Part shown: positions 1 to 12,182 of the stretch, piece after piece
Numbering within the stretch: the stretch's first letter is position 1
How the letters are laid out: the number at the start of each line of letters is the position of its first letter
Origin: Emiliania huxleyi CCMP1516
Taxonomy: Eukaryota
NCBI RefSeq assembly: GCF_000372725.1
Contig: NW_005202237.1
Location: 310,001 to 374,000, forward strand
Direction: 5' to 3'
DNA: 64,000 bases
The notes under the pieces: model-generated
Told to the model about the DNA's origin: nothing
What the model saw: only the letters and a program-made list of their open reading frames with translations
The model's database searches: none
Made by a program: the position numbers and the translations under genes

Positions 1-3000
1 GCTCGGCTCGAGTAGACGAAGAGCGAGACGAGGCTCACTCGAGGCGGCGGCAGAGACAGCAGCCCGCCACGCCGCCCACGAGGCGGCACACGAGACGAGG
101 CTCGAGTAGACGAAGAGCGAGACGAGGCTCACTCGAGGCGGCGGCAGAGACAGCCGCCCGCCACGCCGCCCAAGAGGCGGCACACGAGACGAGGCTCGAG
201 TAGACGAAGAGCGAGACGAGGCTCACTCAAGGCGGCAGCAGAGACAGCCGCCCGCCACGCCGCCCACGAGGCGGCACACGAGACGAGGCTCGAGTAGACG
301 AAGAGCGAGACGAGGCTCACTCGAGGCGGCGGCAGAGACAGCCGCCCGCCACGCCACGCCGCCCACGAGGCGGCACACGAGGCGAGGCTCGAGTAGACGA
401 AGAGCGAGACGAGGCTCACTCGAGGCGGCGGCAGAGACAGCCGCCCGCCACGCCACGCCGCCCACGAGGCGGCACACGAGGCGAGGCTCGAGTAGACGAA
501 GAGCCAGACGAGGCTCACTCGAGGCGGCAGCAGAGACAGCCGCCCGCCACGCCGCCCACGAGGCGGCACACGAGGCGAGGCTCGAGTAGACGAAGAGCGA
601 GACGAGGCTCACTCGAGGCGGCGGCAGAGACAGCCGCCCGCCACGCCACGCCGCCCACGAGGCGGCACACGAGACGAGGCTCGAGTAGACGAAGAGCCAG
701 ACGAGGCTCACTCGAGGCGGCGGCAGAGACAGCCGCCCGCCACGCCACGCCGCCCACGAGGCGGCACACGAGGCGAGGCTCGAGTAGACGAAGAGCCAGA
801 CGAGGCTCACTCGAGGCGGCAGCAGAGACAGCCGCCCACCACGCCACGCCGCCCAAGAGGCGGCACACGAGGCGAGGCTCGAGGAGACGAAGAGCGAGAC
901 GAGGCTCACTCGAGGCGGCGGCAGAGACAGCAGCCCGCCACGCCGCCCACGAGGCGGCACACGAGACGAGGCTCGAGTAGACGAAGAGCGAGACGAGGCT
1001 CACTCGAGGCGGCGGCAGAGACAGCCGCCCGCCACGCCGCCCAAGAGGCGGCACACGAGACGAGGCTCGAGTAGACGAAGAGCGAGACGAGGCCGACTCG
1101 AGGCGGAGGCAGAGACAGCCGCCCGCCACGCCACGCCGCCCCACGAGGCGGCACACGAGGCGAGGCTCGAGTAGACGAAGAGCGAGACGAGGCTCACACG
1201 AGGCGGCGGCAGAGACAGCCGCCCGCCACGCCGCCCAAGAGGCGGCACACGAGACGAGGCTCGAGTAGACGAAGAGCGAGACGAGGCTCACTCGAGGCGG
1301 AGGCAGAGACAGCCGCCCGCCACGCCACGCCGCCCCACGAGGCGGCACACGAGGCGAGGCTCGAGTAGACGAAGAGCGAGACGAGGCTCACACGAGGCGG
1401 CGGCAGAGACAGCCGCCCGCCACGCCACGCCGCCCCACGAGGCGGCACACGAGACGAGGCTCGAGTAGACGAAGAGCGAGACGAGGCTCACTCGAGGCGG
1501 CGGCAGAGACGGCCGCCCGCCACGCCGCCCAAGAGGCGGCACACGAGACGAGGCTCGAGTAGACGAAGAGCGAGACGAGGCTCACTCGAGGCGGCGGCAG
1601 CGACAGCCGCCCGCCACGCCACGCCGCCCACGAGGCGGCACACGAGACGAGGCTCGAGTGGACGAAGAGCGAGACGAGGCTCACTCAAGGCGGCAGCAGA
1701 GACAGCCGCCCGCCGCGCCGTCCAAGAGGCGGCACACGAGACGCGCCACGCCACGCCGCCCAAGAGGCGGCACACGAGACGAGGCTCGAGTAGACGAAGA
1801 GCGAGACGAGGCTCACTCGAGGCGGCGGCAGAGACAGCCGCCCGCCACGCCACGCCGCCCACGAGGCGGCACACGAGACGAGGCTCGAGTAGACGAAGAG
1901 CCAGACGAGGCTCACTCGAGGCGGCGGCAGAGACAGCCGCCCGCCACGCCACGCCGCCCACGAGGCGGCACACGAGGCGAGGCTCGAGTAGACGAAGAGC
2001 CAGACGAGGCTCACTCGAGGCGGCAGCAGAGACAGCCGCCCACCACGCCACGCCGCCCAAGAGGCGGCACACGAGGCGAGGCTCGAGGAGACGAAGAGCG
2101 AGACGAGGCTCACTCAAGGCGGCGGCAGAGACAGCCGCCCGCCCGCCACGCCGCCCACGAGGCGGCACACGAGACGAGGCTCGAGTAGACGAAGAGCTAG
2201 ACGAGGCTCACTCGAGGCGGCGGCAGAGACAGCAGCCCGCCACGCCGCCCACGAGGCGGCACACGAGACGAGGCTCGAGTAGACGAAGAGCGAGACGAGG
2301 CTCACTCGAGGCGGCGGCAGAGACAGCCGCCCGCCACGCCGCCCACGAGGCGGCACACGAGACGAGGCTCGAGTAGACGAAGAGCGAGACGAGGCTCACT
2401 CGAGGCGGCGGCAGAGACAGCCGCCCGCCACGCCACGCCGCCCACGAGGCGGCACACGAGACGAGGCTCGAGCAGACGAAGAGCGAGACGAGGCTCACTC
2501 GAGGCGGCGGCAGAGACAGCCGCCCGCCACGCCACGCCGCCCACGAGGCGGCACACGAGACGAGGCTCGAGTAGACGAAGAGCGAGACGAGGCTCACACG
2601 AGGCGGCGGCAGAGACAGCCGCCCGCCACGCCACGCTCCCCACAAGCGGCATACGAGGCGAGGCTCGAGTAGACGAAGAGCGAGACGAGGCTCACACGAG
2701 GCGGCGGCAGAGACGGCCGCCCGCCACGCCACGCTCCCCACAAGCGGCATACGAGGCGAGGCTCGAGCAGACGAAGAGCGAGACGAGGCTCACACGAGGC
2801 GGCAGCAGAGACAGCCGGGCTCACTCGAGGCGGCGGCAAAGACAGCCGCCCGCCACGCCGTCCAAGAGGCGGCGCACGAGACGAGGCTCGAGTAGACGAC
2901 GAGCGAGACGAGGCTCACTCGAGGCGGCGGCAGAGACAGCCGCCCGCCACGCCGCCCACGAGGCGGCACACGAGACGCGGCTCGAGTAGACGAAGAGCGA

Positions 3001-3537
3001 GACGAGGCTCACTCAAGGCGGCAGCAGAGACAGCCGCCCGCCACGCCGTCCAAGAGGCGGCACACGAGACGCGCCACGCCACGCCGCCCAAGAGGCGGCA
3101 CACGAGACGAGGCTCGAGTAGACGAAGAGCGAGACGAGGCTCACTCGAGGCGGCGGCAAAGACAGCCGCCCGCCACGCCGTCCAAGAGGCGGCACACGAG
3201 ACGAGGCTCGAGTAGACGAAGAGCGAGACGAGGCTCACTCGAGGCGGAGGCAGAGACAGACGCCCGCCACGCCACGCCGCCCACGAGGCGGCACACGAGA
3301 CGAGGCTCGAGTAGACGAAGAGCGAGACGAGGCTCACTCGAGGCGGCGGCAGAGACGGCCGCCCGCCACGCCACGCCGCCCACGAGGCGGCACACGAGAC
3401 GAGGCTCGAGTAGACGAAGAGCGAGACGAGGCTCACACGAGGCGGCGGCAGAGACAGCCGCCCGCCGCGCCACGCCGCCCACGAGGCGGCACACGAGACG
3501 AGGCTCGAGTAGACGAAGAGCGAGACGAGGCTCACTC
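1..3537. repeat. Tandem satellite/minisatellite, unit ~94-100 bp, ~36 copies, runs off the window start
   Basis: Unit GCTCGAGTAGACGAAGAGCGAGACGAGGCTCACTCGAGGCGGCGGCAGAGACAGCCGCCCGCCACGCC(ACGCC)GCCCACGAGGCGGCACACGAGACGAG recurs continuously (e.g. at 6 and 100); length variants come mainly from an extra ACGCC. Confidence 0.97.
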
Positions 3538-3892
3538 CAAAGAGAGATGGCGCAGCCGGAGGGCTGGCGCCGTCAGAGAGGATGGAGCGGCCACAGAGGT
3601 GGCGCGGCATCAGGTCCCATGAGCAGGGAGAGAGCGCAGCGAGAGCGCCGCGCATGAGGAGCAAGGGCCAAGCGCGCTCGCGAAAGTAGGCGGCGAAAGC
3701 GCGCACCAGCTGAAGTGCAAGTTTGGTGTTCACAGCAGCGGAGGCTGAGTGAAGACCGCATGCGATGTGCGCGAGGGCACACGAGAGGGACTCAGGAGAG
3801 GTATCCGTGAGTACCCTACGATAAACTAGTGGCCTACCACGAGTTGGGGCCCCCACCCCAATCGTTATCGGCGGAAAAAAGAAAATCTCTCT

Positions 3893-4063
<171 letters not shown>

Positions 4064-4472
4064 CTGGGCACGGGACTGGCGCGCACTGGCACTAAAAGAA
4101 TTTGAGAACCGGAATTTTACCAGAAACTCCTCCCCGACACTGGGCACGGGACTGGCGCGCACCGCCACCGGGGCCACCGCGGCGCACTAAACAGGCCACC
4201 CAGGCCACGGGAGCCGCCTACCTACCTAAGCGACTCCTGCGAGGACGGCGTGCGTGTGCGGCTGTTGAAGGGGGGGGGGGGGTACAGGTGTGTTACAGGA
4301 GGGGGTTCATTGACGGGGAGGGGCCTCAGCTGCGCGTGGCATGGAGCGGTTGTGCATCCCTCCGGGGGGGCCTGTGCGCCCCCGGAGAGGAATGTTGGAG
4401 GCTGGACGCAAGCGTGTTGTTATCAGTGGAGAAAAGGGCCCGGGCTGCCGTGCCGCCGACGTCTCCCAGTGA

Positions 4473-4889
4473 GTGAGTGAGACGATGGAGAGAGAGGGGG
4501 GACGACACTCGGCCACATCCGCAGCCGCCATCGCTGAGCTCGCCGGCCCAGAGAGCCTGCCGACGGCCTTTGGCGGCTCGTGCGCGCGCCTCTCTGCGCA
4601 GCAGGCTGACGCGGCTGGCTGGAGCCGCGTGCCCATCGACGAACGCCGGCGGTTGTGGCAGCAGTCGAAGCTCGCCGGCTACCTGCTGCACGAGGGAGAG
4701 GTGCGCGTGGAGGCCGAGGTGGAGACCGAGGAAGAGAAGGCCTTCCACGGCTTCTCCTCGTCGCTCGGCTACCCTCTCCCTCTCGCTCCGGAGCCGGTGA
4801 AGCCCGTGCGGCGGCCGTGGTGGGCAGCCTGCTTCCCCATCGCGCGGCGGATCCCGCGGACGCTATCCACGCTCTCCCTGGACGCATGA
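4473..4889 (+). CDS. Hypothetical protein or last exon of a gene
   Basis: ORF with protein-like composition (AIAELAGPESLPTAFGGSC...LAGYLLHEGEVRVEAEVE); LPxxFGG is weakly reminiscent of a CRAL-TRIO C-terminus. Start uncertain. Confidence 0.3.
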   Translation: MSETMEREGGRHSATSAAAIAELAGPESLPTAFGGSCARLSAQQADAAGWSRVPIDERRRLWQQSKLAGYLLHEGEVRVEAEVETEEEKAFHGFSSSLGYPLPLAPEPVKPVRRPWWAACFPIARRIPRTLSTLSLDA

Positions 4890-5712
4890 CCGCGACCGCG
4901 ACCGGCTGAGCCGAGACGGGAGGGGCTCGCTTGCACCTTGCTTCTCTCCCCTGCTCCCCCTCGGTAGCGCGAGGCACCCTCCACTGAGGTGAGCAATCCC
5001 TCGCTGGTGTGAGTGCTGTGGTGGTATATATCTCTCGATATTTTTTTATTTTTGCCCCTATTATGTTCGCACGGTCTAGCTGTTCGGCTTCGCTCCACGC
5101 TTTGGCTTTCGCGCTTCGCCTTTCTCGGAATACAATACAAACGCTTGATACTTACACTTGTTGCCCGGTCGCGGTATCCGATGTATACCGCAGGATACTG
5201 GGCGGGAGATACCGCGGGATCCGGGAGACACCGGGAGAACGGGAGACACCGGGATATTATTTATTGAACTCAATATCTCTCGGTAACTTCGGCGCCTAAC
5301 GGCAAACGGGGCACACGCTATCCTGTGCAGTCAGGGCAAGTGGGGGCGGGGCGGACAGCCCAGAGTCTATACCCTGGGATCTCTCCGCCCAGTCCGGGGG
5401 TGCGTCGAACCTTCCATCACCCTGTCGGAAGCGGCGTGCCGGTGGAGGCACGTCCGGGTTTTGGAAGTAAAGATATATTACTTTTTTTCTCGGTACTTCG
5501 GCATCTCGTCTCTCCACTCCGCGCGCCGGTGTGTGATGTCCCTTGTCCGTTGACACCCGCACGAGAGTACGAGACGGCGCGCCCGCCGCCTGCACGTGCC
5601 CTGCCTCTCCACCGGCTCGTTCTTCCTCCCCGATCTGACCCCCCCTCCCGCCCGCTCCCTCTCTCCCTTCTCTCCCTCTCCCTCCCCTCCCGCGGCCTCT
5701 ACCTGCCGCAAC

Positions 5713-6992
5713 TCAGACCGAGTCGATCTCGATGGGCGCGTCGATGCCGCGCTCTCGCTTCGACTTCATGTACGTGTAAAAGAAGTCGAGGTAGAGCGCC
5801 TGCGCACGTCGGGCGGCCGTGTGTGGCACGGGACCGCGCGGATCGGGCGCCGCGCGGGGCGGCGAGGAGAGGGGCGGTGAGGAGAGGGGTGGGTAGGAGA
5901 GAGGCGGCGAGGAGAGGGGTGGGTAGGAGAGAGGCGGCGAGGAGAGGGGTGGGTAGGAGAGAGGCGGCGAGGAGAGGGGCGGGTAGGAGAGAGGCGGCGA
6001 GGAGAGGGGCGGGTAGGAGAGGGGAGAGAGGGGATCGAGCGTGCGGGCGTCGGAGGAGAGGGGCGGGTGCGACTCGCCGTCTGGACAGTGCCCGAGATCC
6101 AGACGATGAGCTGCATGTAGTGCGGCTCGGTCGCGTAGCTGCGGTGGCACCACCACACACAGGGGGCGGGGTGGGGCGAGGCCGGGGCGGCGGAGCCCGA
6201 AGCGGCGCGAGGCCACGCGAGGTCAGCTCTACTGCTGGCAGGGGTGGCGGCGGGAAGGGGCGGGGAGGTCGGGAGGGTGAGAGGGCACCGGTAGATCCAG
6301 TTGAGGATGTAAAAGAGGCGGTACAGCCCCAGCAGCAATATGTAGTGGCCTGCCACCAAAGGCGAGGGCGGTCGCGCCGCGCTGGCCGCGCGCTCGCCTC
6401 GGAGGGTGGCCCTCGGGGCGGCGCTAGCTGGCCGCAACAGCAGCGGGGCACGGGCGCGGCTGCGGGGCGTGCGCTGCGTGGCGCTGCGTGGCGCTGCGTG
6501 GCGCTGCGTGGCGCTGCGTGGGCGCGCGCCCGTCAGCGACTCCGCGCCGCCCTGCTTCTGCAGCATGAAGAGCTGCGGCAGAATGGCCACCGCCTCGAGG
6601 TAGATGGAGAAGGCCCAGCACATCTCGAAGGGTGACTCGTGGTCCTGGTTGAAGGCGACGCCCATCAGCGCGGCCGGAGCAACCAGGTAGGCGATGGGGA
6701 AGGCGTCGTCCTCCTGCGAGTAGGTGTCCTTGTGCGGCACGCCGAACTTCATCACGTACACCACCGCCACGGACGACGAGATGAAGATGACCTTCATGAT
6801 TGTGTTGTAGATGGAGAGAAAGTTCCAAAAGATGTCGAGGTATCGAAAGCAAAATACGATGACGTATAGCAGCTGTGTCTTGAGCGAGATGCCAGCGACG
6901 CTCTTGGAGGTGAAGAGCTTCCAAAACATCACGATGAAGGAGAGCAAATGAGACGTGTCCCCCAGCAGCCGGAAGACGTTCATCGCCACCAT
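5713..6992 (-). CDS. ERD2: ER lumen protein-retaining (KDEL/HDEL) receptor, 4 exons (6992-6530, 6349-6289, 6138-6078, 5799-5713); start may be ATG 6983
   Basis: MNVFRLLGDTSHLLS, GISLKTQLLY, RYLD, FSIYLEAVAILPQL, HYILLLGLYRLFYILNWIYR, QT|ALYLDFFY are canonical ERD2 motifs. Two GC-AG introns and one GT-AG intron restore the frame. Confidence 0.96.
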
Positions 6993-7587
6993 CGCTCGCC
7001 GCGCCAGGTGGCCTCGCAGCGGCCTGCGAGGGCGGAGGCGAGGCGACGAGCGTCAGCAGCCGGGAGCGGGGCGGCAAGCAGCGGAGGGCACGCCCGGCTG
7101 CTGGCCGGCCCTGCGGCGCGACGGGCGGAGTACCTCGGTGTGTGTAGTTCGGGCAGCTGTGAGCGCTGTGTTGTGCGAGGGAGAGTCGTAAAATTCTTCT
7201 CAAATCCGAAAGTATATGGCAAGCCAAGCGGGAGCGCTCCTCGCGGGATGCTGGCGACTTCTTAATTCTTTTTCATGCTCTTTCGCCGACAGCGCGAGCG
7301 TCGAGCTGTGACGGCTCGCTGAGGGCGCACACTCGCGACACTCGCGCGCTCGCGCGGCCGGCAAAACGCCCAAATCGAGCTGCGCCGCGGTTTCTACTTC
7401 AATGATAGGGATGCGCTCGGTCCGAGCGCACATTTTCGAGTGAGCGCGGCGCACCCGCAAGAGCGCGCGCGGCGCACTGTACAGACCCAACAGGAACACG
7501 ACAGAAAACGCGGAGGGACAGAGTAGCAGAGAGTGCAGGGAGGAGTGCGGCGACGCGAGCATGAACGTATCTGGCGGACAGCGGCGC

Positions 7588-8097
7588 TCAGTCGCGCGCC
7601 TTGCGGCACGCGACGAAGGCCCCCACCACCCCGCTGAAGCCGACGCAGCAGTGCCCCAGGCAAGACGTGGCCTCGCCAAGGCGCACGGGGCAGCCCGGCG
7701 ACGCCGTGGCGCGCTGCTGCTCGGCCGCCTCCTTGTACGCCTTGATGGTCTTCTGCAGCGACTCGATGACGGTGGCCTGCACGGCGACCTGGTCCTCGCG
7801 CGAGCGGTGCGCGCTTTTGAGCTGCGCCTCGAGCGACTTAACTGTGGCCTCGGAACGAGTGGCACGTTCCTGCGCCTCCTTCAGCTCCTCTTTCACCGAG
7901 TCCAGGTACCACGTCTCGTGAACCTCCTCCGGGTCGAGATCGTCGCAGGGTGCCACAGTAAGCGTCTGGTAGTTCGCGAAAATCGAGCGGGGCGAAATCC
8001 TCGACAGCGTCCTCCCGTCGAGGAATGCTTGCACTCCGCCAAAGGTGAAGGGGCTCGGGACCGAGTAGGAGCTTGCAGCAGCACCAGAAGACGTCAT
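7588..8097 (-). CDS. Hypothetical coiled-coil protein
   Basis: ORF from MTSSG with a heptad-like stretch VKEELKEAQERATRSEATVKSLEAQLK...IESLQKTIKAYKEAAEQQR. Confidence 0.55.
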   Translation of the reverse strand: MTSSGAAASSYSVPSPFTFGGVQAFLDGRTLSRISPRSIFANYQTLTVAPCDDLDPEEVHETWYLDSVKEELKEAQERATRSEATVKSLEAQLKSAHRSREDQVAVQATVIESLQKTIKAYKEAAEQQRATASPGCPVRLGEATSCLGHCCVGFSGVVGAFVACRKARD

Positions 8098-9569
8098 CGA
8101 ACGGTGGAGACTGGCACAGCGCGCGCGGCCGGGCAGGAAAAGGAAAACAATTCCGCGAATCATATTTCTTTTGTTTTAGGTATGTTGTTCGCAAATCAGA
8201 TTTCACTCCCCCCCCCCCCCCCCCTTCCCCCCCCCCCCCTCCCTCTCCCGCCCACCGAGATGTGATGTTGGGAGAAGGCCTTATGGGAGCAGGAGCAGGG
8301 GCGCGACGAGAGGGCCTCCGACGCTCCGAGAGCGTGGCGGGGTAGGCACGGCCGCCTCGATGGCCTCCTGCGCCTCCCCGTCCACCGTGGTGAGCAGGCC
8401 GCCTGCGCGTCGCCTTCGACTTGAGCGAGCACGCCGGCACAGTCTCGACATCCGAGAGGGCGACCTCGCGCCGCCTCTCCAGCACGCCTCTGGCGAGTCG
8501 GTTGCGCACGATCGCCGCCCGCGCGGCCCGCCGCCTCGGCCACCGCGGCCACCTCCTCCAGTCGACGGCGAGGCGCCTGAGGGCAGGCTCCGAGGAGGGT
8601 CCGAGAAGGGTCCGAAAGTGTGCGACCATCTGGTGACAGCGCTCGCGCGCCGAGGCACGTCCAAGCTGGCCGCCTCTGCGCTCATCGACGAAGCCTGCTG
8701 TGTGCGGTCACCGTCGCCTGGCGGCGCTCTCGCAGCGGACGCCACGGCGGCGCAGATGCCCCTCGGTGAAGGTGGCGGCGGAGAAGAGGGACCGCCGCGG
8801 CTCGTCGAGCAGCGGCACGAGGCCAATATGTGGCCTCGTACAGCGCAAGCGCGGGCGCGTTCCCCTACGGCGCGGCACAACCGCGGGGTCGTCGGCTCGG
8901 CTTGGTAGCTGTCTCGGAGGAGTCTCAGAAGTGTCTCGGAGCAGTCTCGGTGATGTCTCGGCGCAGTCTCTGTCTGGGAGGATCTGGGAGTATGTTATGG
9001 GAAAGTCTCCAACCAGTCTCGGAGGCGTTTTTTGGTTGCCTCGACTGTCTGGATGGTGTCTCGGTGGTGCACGGTTGAGTCTGAGAGTGTCGGGAAGCGC
9101 TCACGCGAGACTCACGGCAATCTCCTCCAAGAGCAGGACCAGCTCTCCTCGCATCTGCGGGAGGTGCATCAGCCCGCGCGCGATGAAGCCGAGGTGCCGA
9201 CACGTTCACCGCGCGATGAAGTCGCCTATGCACGCACTGACACGTTCATCGCGTGGCCTGGAGGAGGAGGCGCAGCGGCGCCAGCTGAGGATACAGGCCA
9301 GCCTTCACCCGCAACGGCCGGACTGGCTGCCACGGTGACGACCGCAACGGTCTTCGTGCACATGGAAGTCGTTCAAATACGCGCCGCCGCAGGCCGCTGC
9401 TGCACTGGACGGGAAAACAGGGGAAGCGCGAGTCGGCGACGGCCAATTTGGCTTCTGTCGAATATTCAGAAATTCCCGTTTTTCTTTCTGTATCAACACC
9501 CTTGTCTCTCCTGTCAGGGGCAAGATGTCTGGCCTTTACCTCAACCGTGTCTACGGCGACCGCCCGGTA

Positions 9570-9813
9570 CTCGCGCTGTCGCTTCCGCCGCTTCGCCTTC
9601 GTCTCCTTGCTGCGCAGCAGGGTGTAGTTCGGGCCCACCTCCGCCACGCTGTCCAGCACGTGGGCGGCGCTCGCCATCTCGACCGCGTCGTCCTCCGGCG
9701 GAAGCTCCGCGTCGCCCGCGGCCGCTTCCCGAGCACGCTCGTCGCGCATCCGCTCGTGGTCGGGCCTGCCGACGCGCCACGCCGGTGCCCGTGTGCCTCG
9801 CCGCCGCGTCCGG
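9570..9813 (-). repeat. Dispersed repeat (copy 1), probable transposon/gene relic
   Basis: Nearly identical to 63004-63246; both encode MRDERAREAAAGDAELPPEDDAVEMAS...KETKAKRRKR on the minus strand. Confidence 0.9.
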
Positions 9814-10402
9814 CGCCGGCATCGTACGCTGCCACAGGTCGTCCCACAGGTGTCCCAACCTGAGGGAGGGTGTAGAGGATGTAGAGTGTAGAGCGCTGTA
9901 GAGCTGTAGAGCTGTAGAGCGCTGTAGAGCTGTAGAGCTCTACATCCGCCGCGGGACGAAGCGCGTGCTAGAGCGATGTAGAGGCGCTCTACAACGTGAA
10001 ATCTCTACAACAAACTCTACATCATAAGCCGCGAACGAGGCACGGTCGCTCTCCGACATGAGGCGCGTTGCGCTTGCCAGTGCTGCCCTGGCCTTCTGTC
10101 TGCCCGCCCAATGGGTGGCAGGTGCCTCTGCTGCTGTGGCATGCCTCACGGCTGCGACTGGCCGGCGCCTCGGCGACGTGCACTGGCAGGCCCCAGGCTT
10201 TCCGCCCGGCGGGTTGAGAGCGTTGCGCTTTGTAGGCCGCCTGACAGCGAGCAGGCTCCACGCTCCAGAGGGAGCGCCGGGAGGACGTGGCCCCCTGCTC
10301 TCCGTCCCCGCCGTCTGCGACACTGCTCGTCGTCTGCGAACGAGATGCTGCTGCATGATCCAGGCGCAGCCTCTCTGGCCCGGCCCCGCTCTCCCCGCCC
10401 CG

Positions 10403-10843
10403 CAGCAGCCAGCGTCGAACAACTCGAGGGCAACAAGACGCGGTCGTGGACGGGTTCTGTCGGCTCCTTTGGAGCGGGGATCGTATCCACGTCGCGGACA
10501 CGACATCGTCTTTTTCCAGATTGCAGCGGCCCGTTCCCTGAATCGTCCCTGTGCGGCCCTCACCCCACTGTTGATTCCCTCCTCTCAGGAGAGCCAAGCA
10601 GAGCAGTCCGCGACGCTGCATCCCACCCTCCTCCATGACAGTGCTGGTCTCCAGGCACGCGCCTCCTCCCGCCTCCCAGCCCAGCCCCGCAGCGGCCAGC
10701 CAGCAGCAGCAGCAGCAGCAGCAGCCAGCGTCGAACAACTCGAGGGCAACAAGTCGCGGTCGTGGACGGGTTCTGTCGGCTCCTTTGGAGCGGGGATCGT
10801 ATCCACGTCGCGGACACGACATCGTCTTTTTCCAGATTGCAGC
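10403..10843. repeat. ~125 bp direct duplication (10403-10527 and 10719-10843) with a short (CAG)n tract
   Basis: GCAGCAGCCAGCGTCGAACAACTCGAGGGCAACAAG...TTCCAGATTGCAGCG occurs twice. Confidence 0.92.
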
Positions 10844-11086
10844 GCCCCGTCCCTCGAGCCTTCACTCTGCAATCAATGTCGCCCTCACGCGACTCTCTCC
10901 CCCTTGCTCTGGCCAGGCGTTTCCCACCTCGCCGCGCGACTCGTCGCGCGACACGGAGCGGATAAAGTGGGGAATCGTGTTTTTCTCCGTGCCCAGATGA
11001 CTAGGGACCCTGCCATGCTAAGCCTATGGGCTGCAAGTCGGGCTCACCAAGCGGGTAGGGGAGGGGGGGGGTAGGTTCTCTCGAGG

Positions 11087-11147
11087 TTCTCGAGGTGGAT
11101 ATCCTTTGGCCGCGTTGGGTAGCGAGGATTGGTGTGACGCGATCCAC
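11087..11147 (+). repeat. Dispersed ~60 bp repeat (second copy 43679-43739)
   Basis: TTCTCGAGGTKGATATCCTTTGGCCGCGTTGGGTAGCGAGGATTGGTGTGACGCGRTCCAC at both sites. Confidence 0.9.
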
Positions 11148-12182
11148 GCAGGCGTGTAGGTAAAAGACAGCGCAGGTATTTTCTTCTGGGGGCAACCCGC
11201 TTTGTGTTTCGACCTGTGTAAAATTCTCATGAACCGGTGCCCTTGGAGCACTTGGAGTGCGGTCGGCAACCTCACGCCCAGGACCGGGGAGCTGAGAAGC
11301 GCACCGTGAACTTACTCTAGTCCTGTGCCCAGTGTCGTGCGAGGGAGTTTTGTTGTAAAATTCTACTACTCGAGTAGTAAAGGCGACAAGGTCGGCAGTG
11401 AGTCACGCGGCAGTGAGTCTGCGCTGGCGGCCAAGCAGTGAGTCTTCTGTGTGTCCCGTCCTACCAGAGAAAAGTGGTGGCCTCGGAGTGCAGCCGGCGA
11501 GCCAAGCGCTACTCTGCGAATACGAAGGCGTGGTTCTCCACCGTGGCCGCGCGCTGAGGCTACGACAGCAGCCACCGAAAGAAGAGGCAGCGCGGAAGGA
11601 CCGCAGCATGAGGCCGGTAAACGGAACCGCGATGGCCGTGCCGGTGTCGCGTGTAACTTCGCCGCCCGCGGAGGCCGTCGGCTCGACGCGCGTCATGCAC
11701 CCGCACATGCACAGGATGAGACTCGTGCTTCGATCAGGCCCGACATCATCAACAAGTGGCCGAGTTACACTGCACCGCACAACGAGAGTGGCCGCATGGG
11801 CCTAGGCAGGCTATGTGGTATAAGAACTCCACGTTCTCTTGCCCGCAGGTTGAGCCGTTGATCTGACAGGGCCCGGTGGCAGCCGTCGTGACCTCGCACC
11901 CCCGTGTCACGCTTTTAATATGCTCAACCTGGAGTCGTGGGTGCTCGAGCGACGCGAGTGTGTGACTGTGGTGCTGAATCTAGTTTGTTGAACTCACGGG
12001 AGTAGCGGGACCTGCCACAGGTACTTCGATTGGCGGCTCGGCTCACACACTAGCCTAGTGCACTATCCCCACCCACAGTGCGTTATATCAGTAGCCTGCG
12101 CAGGGGCGGCTCGCGTGTTCCATCTCTCACGCTCACTATATACAACGTCAAGCGCGGCGCGGCAGCATGGGCCATGGCGTGG

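Noticed and set aside
1..3537. CRISPR-like array
   Set aside because: Units repeat in full with no unique spacers, there are no cas genes, and the context is eukaryotic.
8281..9360. Possible spliced gene on the minus strand
   Set aside because: Some protein-like segments, but I could not assemble a consistent frame or recognise a family.
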